From assembly GCA_963841565.1 (NCBI GenBank), contig CAWJCY010000008.1, positions 15,546-79,545 on the forward strand: DNA of 64,000 bases, in the 5' to 3' direction. Source of the DNA: an uncultured Nitrososphaerales archaeon (lineage in GTDB: Archaea > Thermoproteota > Nitrososphaeria > Nitrososphaerales > Nitrososphaeraceae). The translations under genes were made by a program, and so were the position numbers. Shown one piece after another: positions 55,894 through 64,000 of the stretch. Position 1 is the first letter of the stretch. Each line of letters starts with the position of its first letter. The notes beneath the pieces are model-generated. The model ran no database searches and was not told the origin of the DNA. It worked only from the letters and a program-made list of their open reading frames with translations.

Positions 55894-56622
55894 ATGTCCA
55901 ACTCTTCGATACGAATAGGAACATCGGGTTACACATATTCCTGGAACGAAAGACGACCTTCTCCATTTAAGTGGTATGTCAAACAAGGGTTCAATTCTGT
56001 CGAGGTTAATGCGAGCTATTATAGATTTCCATTGGAGAGCTGGGTAAACACGTGGAAAGCAAGCGCTCCTCAAGACTTTACATTTTCTATAAAAGTAAAT
56101 CGTTCTATTACAGATTACCTAAGACTGAAGGGTGACCGAGCCTTAGATTTGTGGAATAGATTTTCAAAAACGCTGGAGGGAATTTATGATAAGATTGATT
56201 TCTGGCTGTTCAAAATGCCCAGGACTTTTAAGTATACAGAGCTTAACTTGGAAACCGTGAGGGTATTTTTTGAAAGATCAGGTCTGACTAAATACACTAA
56301 TACTAGAGCAGTTATCGAATTTCGAGATAAATCCTGGTGGGAAGCGATAGACAGCATAGAAGATATAGGAATAGTCTTTTGCTCCGTTGATGCACCGGGT
56401 CTTCCTCGCACCATAAACGTAACAAGTAAATCACTCTACCTTCGGATACATGGATATAAGGAATGGTATCGCTATATATATTCCCGGATGGAGCTTGACG
56501 AAATATTAACCTCAGTAGTAAATTTAAATGCTGAGAAGAAGGCCATATACCTAAATAATGATCACGGAATGTTACAGAACGGCCTCTATTTGTTGAAACA
56601 AACACAGACACATTATCTCTAG
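55894..56622 (+). CDS. DUF72 family protein
   Basis: IGTSG, VEVNASYY, IEFRD, YLRIHG, YLNND. Confidence 0.92.
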   Translation: MSNSSIRIGTSGYTYSWNERRPSPFKWYVKQGFNSVEVNASYYRFPLESWVNTWKASAPQDFTFSIKVNRSITDYLRLKGDRALDLWNRFSKTLEGIYDKIDFWLFKMPRTFKYTELNLETVRVFFERSGLTKYTNTRAVIEFRDKSWWEAIDSIEDIGIVFCSVDAPGLPRTINVTSKSLYLRIHGYKEWYRYIYSRMELDEILTSVVNLNAEKKAIYLNNDHGMLQNGLYLLKQTQTHYL

Positions 56623-56698
56623 TTTTAGAAAATTAGACGTATTGTGAGTTCATATGGCTTGGATTTCTTTTTTTAAGGTGTTAGGCTTTTTGATTCAT

Positions 56699-59569
56699 TT
56701 AAACAGCATCTAACAGTTTTGCTATATCTTGTCGACTGTCGAGGATACTAGCCCAGCTTAATAAGAGTTTCCTGATGTCATTCTTGCCAACGATCTTTTC
56801 AGTAGTATTTAATAGCGTAAAATCTGTCGGCAAGATCTGATCTATGATCTCCCACTCAAACGGCATTGAAATGGTGACACCTTCAATAGGTCTCACTGAA
56901 AAGACCGATGCAAGTGTCTTTCCTTTCGCATTTTGGTTGTGGTCGAAGAAAACTTTTCCTCGTCTTTTGGACGTATCCCAATCCATTGTAATCATATCTG
57001 GTCGTTTGCTAATCAGTGCTCTTCCAATGATTTCGGCAAAGCTTCTTGTCTGATGATATGTGTAATTCGAAGAAACAGGTACAAAAATATGAATTCCCGT
57101 TTTACCCGAAGTTTTAATGTACGATTTTATTTTCAATTTGTCAAAAATCTCAGATTTTAAGAGCTGAGCTACTTCAACTGTTTTCTTAAACGCTATGCGG
57201 TTGTACTCTGGCTCCTGATCTGTGCTGGTTTCTAAGCCAGAGTAAATATAAGGATCTAAATCAAATACAACGAAATCCGGGTGATTGAGGCCACAGTTTT
57301 CTTCATCTAGTGCAGTAGAACCCTTTAAACAAGCCTCGTAGTCAACAACTCTACTATACCACGGATGCAGTTCAATACAACCAAGGTTCGCTAGCCAAAG
57401 CAATGTTTCCTTATTATTGCAGATCAAATAGTTAGTTACCCTCTTTGCAGATTCGGAATAAAGCTTCACTGAATTTACAAATTCGGGCTTTTTCTTGTTC
57501 CAATTTTTTTGATAAAAGTGTTTACCCTTAATTCCGTCAGGATATCTGCTCAGGGACAATGGTCTGTCTTTAAGAAAGGGAAGCAAGTAGATGCTTATTT
57601 TGTCATAGTATTCGATCAAATCTCCCTTTGTGATCTCACGGTGGTAACGACTCTTCGGCCAAAAAACCTTATCTAAGTTAGAAAAGCTATTCTTCATTTC
57701 ATTGGCAGCTACTCTAGAGGGGGTACCAGAATATAGTAATTGTGATGTCGATCGCGAAGGTGATGTTGGTGATGTTGATGATGTTGATGATGTTGATGTT
57801 GATGTTGATGTTGATGATGTTGATGAAATGGATGATGCTACCGAAAGCTCATTAGAATTTTGTGGTTTTACATTTAATAGCTCGTCTATATGTTTAGGCT
57901 CTTCAAGAGTGCACTCCTGAGGCTTCTTGTCGTCTCTAATCCTTAAGAATATTGGAGCTCTCATAATCTTGTCCTTTGTCCATCCATCAAACTTAATCTC
58001 AACTACTAGAACCGGCTGTACCCAAACTGGATCTCTATTGGTATAGGGAATGTAACTGACTGGACTCTCAGCGGTAGTTATTTTTTGCAATTTGTTGAAA
58101 ATCTCGACGAGTTGTGGGAAGTCAAATCCACTTCCGGAGTGTCCAACAAAGACAAATTCTCCTCTATTGAATGCAGTCAGCAGTAAGGACCCAAAGTAGC
58201 CTTTTCTATTACCTTCTCCTGGAGTATATCCAATCACCACACAATCCTGAGTCTGGATATTTTTGATTTTTAACCAATCAGTTCTTCTAGCCCCCTGCAG
58301 ATATTTGCTTTGTTTATTCTTTGCAATAATGCCCTCGAGGTTGAGTGCCCTGATATTCTCGAAAAGTACTATACCTTTTCCCTCAAAGGATTCTGATATC
58401 CTTATCACTTTTTCGCCGCTTCTATTCAGATCTAGGACACTTGATAGCAACTCTCGCCGCTTCCAGAATTCTAAATTCTCGAGGTTCTTCCCATCTAGAT
58501 ATAATATATCAAAAATGTAGAAAGTAGAAGGTATTTCATTAGAAAGGTGTTGTATATCTAAACTGTTTTCTACATTCATTCTTCTCTGATGACTTTGAAA
58601 GTTTGGACGACCTTGCTCATCTAAAACTACTATCTCCCCATCAAGCACAATTGAATCATTGCATCTTATGTTCGAAGACGTCATGATGGAATTGATAATT
58701 TCTGGATATCTGTGACGAATGGATTTATTGGTTCTCGATTTTAGCTCGAGGATGTTTTTACTTTTGTTATAAAACAGGATAGCTCTTACTCCATCCCATT
58801 TGATTTCGAAATCCCATTTGTTATCATTAAAGGGTTTATCGACTGGTGTAGAAAGCATAGGTCTTATTTTACTTGGGAAATCAGACGATGGGAGATGTTG
58901 TATTTTCATTTTGGTAGAATTTGGAAGATCCACTTCATCATTCTTTACATTGCTTTGGGCAAAATTGGAATCGGCTCGAGGGTTAGAAAATTCATTGCTC
59001 ACATAGTTCTTTTTTGTAAAAGTAATTTTGTTAGTTTGAGACAACACAGAATCAGGCAGAGAGGATGTCACGTCCACTTCCGTTGCGAACTGATCATTGT
59101 ACTTTATCAAAAGCCACTGGTTTTCCCGGCCAGTTCTGATTAATGAGAATTTACCATTTACCTTATTCCCTTGTAAACTAAAAGTTATCTTTCCTTTATC
59201 AAACTGCTCAGAAAACTCTTGATAGGGTTTTTCCAACATATAGAAACCAGTATCCCATACAAGAACTGTACCCGCCCCATAGTTTCCCTCGGGGATCGTT
59301 CCTTCAAACAAAAGATAATCGAATGGGTGGTCTTCAGTAAGAACTGCAAGACGTTTTATTTTGGGATTAAGAGAGATCCCTTTCGGGACAGCCCATGATT
59401 TTAGAACGCCATTTTCTGCTTCGAGTCTCAAGTCATAGTGCAATCTTCTAGCATTGTGCTTCTGAATAGCAAAATGTCTTCTGATATCCTTCCTTTGTCC
59501 ATCTGCGGGAGTTCCAACAGGCTCAGGAGTCTCCTCAAAGTTTCGCTTTCTATTGTATTTTTCAAGCAT
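56699..59569 (-). CDS. ligD: LigD: fused phosphoesterase-ATP-dependent ligase-primase/polymerase
   Basis: PE: QKHNARRLHYDLRLE, EDHP; ligase: EIKWDG, DGE, EGIIAK, WLKIK; Pol: FDLDP, KTSGKTGIH, FDHNQN. Confidence 0.96.
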   Translation of the reverse strand: MLEKYNRKRNFEETPEPVGTPADGQRKDIRRHFAIQKHNARRLHYDLRLEAENGVLKSWAVPKGISLNPKIKRLAVLTEDHPFDYLLFEGTIPEGNYGAGTVLVWDTGFYMLEKPYQEFSEQFDKGKITFSLQGNKVNGKFSLIRTGRENQWLLIKYNDQFATEVDVTSSLPDSVLSQTNKITFTKKNYVSNEFSNPRADSNFAQSNVKNDEVDLPNSTKMKIQHLPSSDFPSKIRPMLSTPVDKPFNDNKWDFEIKWDGVRAILFYNKSKNILELKSRTNKSIRHRYPEIINSIMTSSNIRCNDSIVLDGEIVVLDEQGRPNFQSHQRRMNVENSLDIQHLSNEIPSTFYIFDILYLDGKNLENLEFWKRRELLSSVLDLNRSGEKVIRISESFEGKGIVLFENIRALNLEGIIAKNKQSKYLQGARRTDWLKIKNIQTQDCVVIGYTPGEGNRKGYFGSLLLTAFNRGEFVFVGHSGSGFDFPQLVEIFNKLQKITTAESPVSYIPYTNRDPVWVQPVLVVEIKFDGWTKDKIMRAPIFLRIRDDKKPQECTLEEPKHIDELLNVKPQNSNELSVASSISSTSSTSTSTSTSSTSSTSPTSPSRSTSQLLYSGTPSRVAANEMKNSFSNLDKVFWPKSRYHREITKGDLIEYYDKISIYLLPFLKDRPLSLSRYPDGIKGKHFYQKNWNKKKPEFVNSVKLYSESAKRVTNYLICNNKETLLWLANLGCIELHPWYSRVVDYEACLKGSTALDEENCGLNHPDFVVFDLDPYIYSGLETSTDQEPEYNRIAFKKTVEVAQLLKSEIFDKLKIKSYIKTSGKTGIHIFVPVSSNYTYHQTRSFAEIIGRALISKRPDMITMDWDTSKRRGKVFFDHNQNAKGKTLASVFSVRPIEGVTISMPFEWEIIDQILPTDFTLLNTTEKIVGKNDIRKLLLSWASILDSRQDIAKLLDAV
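57758..57838. repeat. (GATGTT/GAT)n microsatellite encoding the Ser/Thr linker of LigD
   Basis: gatgttgatgatgttgatgatgttgatgttgatgtt... Confidence 0.85.
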
Positions 59570-59644
59570 GCACTAAATCTAGCCTTTACGTGCCACCTTA
59601 ATTATGGGACAGTATGCTATTTTTGGATTTATATTATTACATAC

Positions 59645-59998
59645 ATAGACATTTTCCGACCCCATTAATTATTTCAGCCCTCGCCCCTATGGAAACGATA
59701 TTGAAGTTTATCTATATTGCACGCTCCTTTCAGCTCCCTGCTCAAAGGCTTCTGCAAATGAGATTCTTCTACCATTACTTTCCCTGTGATCACATTATTA
59801 CTCTCCTGAATAATTCCGACGTTCAACTACGTTATGTCTTTCAAGACACGGGCGAGGTCCTAGACACGGCTTTTATAGAAATCTAACGCAGCGCTTAGGG
59901 TATTGAGGTCACCTTTACCTTCATATTTCTTGGGTAACCGTTCAATCCTAGGATATCTCGAGCCATCGCCATTTAGGCCAGGAGCCTACCTGTCCACC
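59645..59998 (-). ncRNA. candidate large structured non-coding RNA of unknown class
   Basis: Nested helices including 5'/3' end pairing, CCTCGCCC/GGGCGAGG and GGTTACC/GGTGACC; GC-enriched; TATA-like box about 24 nt upstream. Confidence 0.55.
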
Positions 59999-60136
59999 TT
60001 ATTTAAGTCGAATAATTCAAGCTAATAAATTCTGTCCAAGGAATTTAACAGATTCTTTCTACAAGGGGCTAATGCACAACATTCGACCAATTGCAAAAGA
60101 TGAATGAATGTAGGAATATGTGGCTGAATCATATTT

Positions 60137-60652
60137 TTATCTTATTTTCGATCTTTTAATTTTTTCCTGTAGAAGCATTACTCCTTGAATCAAGGTCTCA
60201 GGACGGGGAGGACAACCGGGAACGTATACGTCAACTGGTATGATTCCGTCAACCCCCGGAAGCACATTGTATGAGTCTATATATAGGCCACCAGTGATCG
60301 CACAAGCTCCCATCGCCACGACATATTTAGGATCAGGCATTTGATCGTAAACCATACGTAGCCGCGGTGCCATCTTTCTCGTTACGGTCCCTTGAACGAC
60401 AATTAAATCACATTGTCTAAGGGAACCAAATGCCTCGATTATCCCAAATCTCTCTGCATCGTACCTGGGTCCAGAAACCGCACCAAATTCTACACTGCAG
60501 CAAGCCGTCTCAAGGTGAACCGGCCACAATGACCAAACTCTTCCCCAGTTTACTGCATATCCAAGAGGCTTGTCTAGTGCTTTAATTAAAACGTCTCCAA
60601 TCCTGCTTACCATGACATTGAAGGTAGATGGATTGAGCAATTCAGTCTTCAA
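60137..60652 (-). CDS. nuoB: NADH-quinone oxidoreductase subunit B
   Basis: TACCSVE, GTVTRKMAP, MGACAITGG, PVDVYVPGCPP. Confidence 0.95.
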   Translation of the reverse strand: MKTELLNPSTFNVMVSRIGDVLIKALDKPLGYAVNWGRVWSLWPVHLETACCSVEFGAVSGPRYDAERFGIIEAFGSLRQCDLIVVQGTVTRKMAPRLRMVYDQMPDPKYVVAMGACAITGGLYIDSYNVLPGVDGIIPVDVYVPGCPPRPETLIQGVMLLQEKIKRSKIR

Positions 60653-60825
60653 CCGATTCTACAGCCTCTTTGAAATCCGATAATTATCCCCACACATCAT
60701 ATTTAATACTTCAGAATCGATCATTACCTAAGATAGGCCGATAATCAATAATTGCTGTTGCAGGCCCAAAGTAGTGAGGTCAAATTTGAAAGGGAACACT
60801 AAGATTCTACGACAGAACGTTCTAA

Positions 60826-61836
60826 ATGATCAAAAAATGTATAAACGATAATTCATTTCAACTAATAGCATTGACATTAAGAATCGGATTCCACGTATCA
60901 ATTTCTGGAGGAATTTCAAACTCTGTGGATAATGCTCTAAAGGATGGGTGTACTGCATTTCAAATATTCAGTAGAAATCCCAGAGGGTGGGCGGCTAAAC
61001 CTTTGGATAACAAGGACGTCGCACTATTCAAGAATAAAGTGGCGGGAAACTTAGCTGGTGGCGAATCAACTAGAAGTACGCCAGCTAAAACTCGAAGTAC
61101 CAGTAAAAGAGAAACCGTGAGAAAGGATGGACAAGGATTCGATAGGAATGCTATTTTTGTTCATATGCCTTATCTTCCCAACCTGTCCTCCCCCAATAAA
61201 AAAATTTATGATCAATCTGTTGATGTCTTGATAGATGAACTCAATCGGTGCGAAGCTTTGGAAATACGCTTTTTAGTAGTTCATCTTGGAAGCCACCAGG
61301 GGGAAGGGATTACGAAGGGGGTCGAACAATTGGTTCAGGCATGCTCCCATGCTATCGAGTCGACTCCGACCGAGAACGCTGTTTCTATACTTTTAGAGAA
61401 TAGTGCTGGTCAGAAGAACACTGTTGCCAGTGGTTTTAAAGAATTAAGAATAATACTCGATAAGCTGTATGACTATAATCCAAGTAGCAAGAAAGACCGA
61501 TTCGGCGTATGTTTGGATACTTGTCATGCTTTTGCTTCAGGTTACGACCTTGCTTCAAAGGAAGCAGTTAATGACACAATGGATAAATTCGACTCACAAG
61601 TTGGATTAAGGCACCTCAAACTTATACATTTGAATGACTCGAGAGACAAGTTCTTTTCTCGCAGAGATAGGCATGAGCACGTGGGACTTGGAGAAATAGG
61701 AAAAGAGGGGTTTACTGCATTCCTGAAACATAAGTCGCACAGAAACACACCCCTAATAATGGAAACTCCAATTGATACCAGAAGAAGTAATTCAGACAAC
61801 TTAAGGTTTGTTAATTCTATTATTGATAGTCCTTGA
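60826..61836 (+). CDS. nfo: endonuclease IV
   Basis: GFHVSISGG, HMPY, HLGS, LENSAG, DTCH, HLNDS, DRHEH, METP. Confidence 0.94.
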   Translation: MIKKCINDNSFQLIALTLRIGFHVSISGGISNSVDNALKDGCTAFQIFSRNPRGWAAKPLDNKDVALFKNKVAGNLAGGESTRSTPAKTRSTSKRETVRKDGQGFDRNAIFVHMPYLPNLSSPNKKIYDQSVDVLIDELNRCEALEIRFLVVHLGSHQGEGITKGVEQLVQACSHAIESTPTENAVSILLENSAGQKNTVASGFKELRIILDKLYDYNPSSKKDRFGVCLDTCHAFASGYDLASKEAVNDTMDKFDSQVGLRHLKLIHLNDSRDKFFSRRDRHEHVGLGEIGKEGFTAFLKHKSHRNTPLIMETPIDTRRSNSDNLRFVNSIIDSP

Positions 61837-62272
61837 ATAAGATATAGGCCACGATCTGCCCAAGGTAGTATTTCATAAGAGAACCGTTTCAATATTTAAA
61901 GAAACTAACATATATAGTCGATAGCAATATATCAAGCGATAAATTGACGATCAGGCAAACTGCCGACAGCTAGTCTTGTCCAATATTCTATAATACAATT
62001 TATTGGATAGGTTAGTGCGACCACGAGTTATCTTAGAAGGCACAGTTTAAGTTGTTAAATATCTTAATGATTGCGTTGATTGCAGTTTTTAAGTTCCTGT
62101 AGCGCACTTGCCACTGCGGCAGCTCCAAACACAACAAGTTATAAAATATATGAAAATGGAGTCTGAGGGTATCATCAACCAACCCCAACTGAGACTATTC
62201 AGTTTTTGGAAAAATTGAACTCCGCCAGTTGTATGCAATATCTGATATTTTCTGATATTCTCGTCAGTCCGC

Positions 62273-62494
62273 CTATCTGCTTGTAAGACATTCTGCAGGA
62301 TGTATATTACCATTGTCACCATTTTCTACAATTCTTTCTATACCTGTTTTCATGAAGTTCTTGATATCTTGTGCAATTTTTCCACTCTCTTCCTGAGTTA
62401 GAATTGGATTAGCTTGCATCCCTAAAATACCTTGCACGGTTTTGTTCAATGGATCAAAGTCAGAAGTGTCAAACTTAAGACTTCTATTAAGCAA
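62273..62494 (-). pseudogene. hypothetical protein fragment
   Basis: Short ORF; protein-like sequence appears to continue in another frame towards 62190. Confidence 0.3.
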
Positions 62495-62578
62495 GAATCA
62501 ATCGGCTATAATTGATGTCATTTTGATTATTACTATATTAATGCTTATTTAATATAACTAATGTGATGATGACACTAA

Positions 62579-63181
62579 ATGACATTTTTCAAAAGATTCA
62601 TAGATAGTATTGGTGATAGCAGAAAAACTAATTCTGATTCAGACGCGATCTTTACATTATCTTCATCGTACATTAGTTTAGAATCGAAACTCAATTTGAT
62701 AAATACTGGAAGATGTGGTATCTGTATCAAGAAGACTGATGCGGAGGTTAGCTTCAATGAACTCAAACTATCTATTGAAAATCTCTTGGAAGCAAGTAAG
62801 AAAACCGACTTAAAGCTATCATATGGCGTTAGTATTGACGAGTACGATGACCTCCTCTGGTTAGTTATTGATGTGAGATCAATAGAAGATAGTGTAGCAT
62901 GCATAACTGTAGTAAGCGAGATTCTGGAGCAAAAAGGACCCATGATCATGCTAGAGTCTGCTGTTTTCGAATTTGGTAAAAAAGGAAGTGAACATCAACC
63001 TTACTATCTGATCTATGATTATGAACTTAATAAATTCTATCCATTCGTTCCTATCATAAGCCGACAAAAGGCGCGAAATAGTCGCGAAGAGATGAACATG
63101 ATGAGAGCTGTTTCGGACGATAATTTGCCAATTGAAGAGGATGAATCTAAATGGGATCCGATTTGGCATCTTCCATTCTAG
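62579..63181 (+). CDS. PspA-associated protein PspAB-like
   Basis: DAIFTLSSSYISL, DEYDDLLW, YLIYD...FYPF, R..REE, E.DESKW.PIW.LPF. Confidence 0.75.
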   Translation: MTFFKRFIDSIGDSRKTNSDSDAIFTLSSSYISLESKLNLINTGRCGICIKKTDAEVSFNELKLSIENLLEASKKTDLKLSYGVSIDEYDDLLWLVIDVRSIEDSVACITVVSEILEQKGPMIMLESAVFEFGKKGSEHQPYYLIYDYELNKFYPFVPIISRQKARNSREEMNMMRAVSDDNLPIEEDESKWDPIWHLPF

Positions 63182-63667
63182 ATTTCAGTAGGTACACAAG
63201 GCGTAGATGAAGGACCACATTCAGATAGGAATTCAAAAGGCATGATTAGAATCTACTATAATGATTATGCTCACTGTATATCCTATGAATTTATTGAAAC
63301 TATTCCTCTGATCTCAAATCTCCGTCACTCGTGTTCACTTTCAATGATTGGATATACTCTAATCAGTAACAGACAAAGTTATTGTAATTTCTTGAAGTGG
63401 CGAATGTAGTAATGTATTTTTATTTTATCATATATAAGCCTCATTGTGAATCAGGGTATATTGATTGAATGATACTCATTGTTATGTGATGGATTGTAGT
63501 ATTGACTACGCGTTGAAGCTGCTCCTTCGCAGAGAATAATATATCTCTTCAGATTAGTTGGAGGACTTGAAAAGTAATAGAATGGATTAGCCATCATTTC
63601 ACAGAAAGGTTCTTTGAATGTCGTTAGATAAATCTTACTCCATCCATCAAAATCTCAGGCTAAGAAT

Positions 63668-64000
63668 TCAGGTAGTGAAAGATGCTGATAGCCATTCTCT
63701 GGCCTCACTCACATCGCTTTGGCTTAATTCATGTCCGCTATTTTGCCATTTTAATGAAACATTAGATCCAGTTTTCCTTAGTAGATCAAAAAGATCTTTT
63801 GTTCTGCGGCTGGGTATTATAGGATCGTGCAAACCAGCAGACATGAATACGCGCTTGCCTGACAAGTTTGGAATTGGCTCAGGTGTAAAAGGAACCATAG
63901 CCCTAAACAGAATAGAACCGGCTAGGACCTCAGGTCTAAGCAATAGCATGCTTGCAGCTATGTTAGCGCCGTTTGGAATACCCTATTGCCACGGTCTGTT
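63668..64000 (-). CDS. phospholipase/carboxylesterase, C-terminal part (window edge; +1 frameshift at the GYSNG motif)
   Basis: NGANIAA, ILFRAMVP, AGLHDPII, GHEL. Confidence 0.85.

Noticed and set aside
59614-59886. 90-aa plus-strand ORF
   Set aside because: No recognisable motif and atypical composition; better explained as antisense to the structured RNA candidate
59645-59998. Assignment as RNase P, SRP or HEARO RNA
   Set aside because: Diagnostic conserved motifs were not found and there is no adjacent IscB/HNH gene; only a covariance-model search could fully exclude a divergent member
732-63169. Numerous short antisense ORFs in the track (e.g. 4090, 13001, 32674, 51835, 57702)
   Set aside because: Shadow frames of well-supported genes on the opposite strand

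Overview
AT-rich (roughly 37% GC by eye) archaeal chromosomal segment, most consistent with a soil ammonia-oxidising archaeon (Nitrososphaeraceae). This assignment rests on two TFB paralogues, archaeal pyrH, Nre, PAC2, winged-helix regulators and standalone receiver domains. The right half concentrates DNA-repair genes: Nre, PolX-PHP, Ku, a fused PE-ligase-polymerase LigD, DUF72 and endonuclease IV. An inverted, decayed copy of the ku 3' end lies about 9 kb from ku. A ~350-nt region with extensive nested base-pairing (candidate unknown ncRNA) sits directly upstream of ligD. The middle carries general-stress/desiccation-type genes (LEA-like repeat proteins, PRC/DUF2171-like proteins, ChaB, phospholipase D, pyruvate oxidase) and a ferritin-like (DUF892)-class III nucleotide cyclase fusion. 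There are also GC-rich bacterial-looking inserts, decayed defence-like fragments (SIR2, restriction-associated winged helix) and several +1 homopolymer frameshifts that may be sequencing errors. No rRNA, tRNA, CRISPR array or transposase was recognised. All family assignments come from motif recognition by eye, not database searches.
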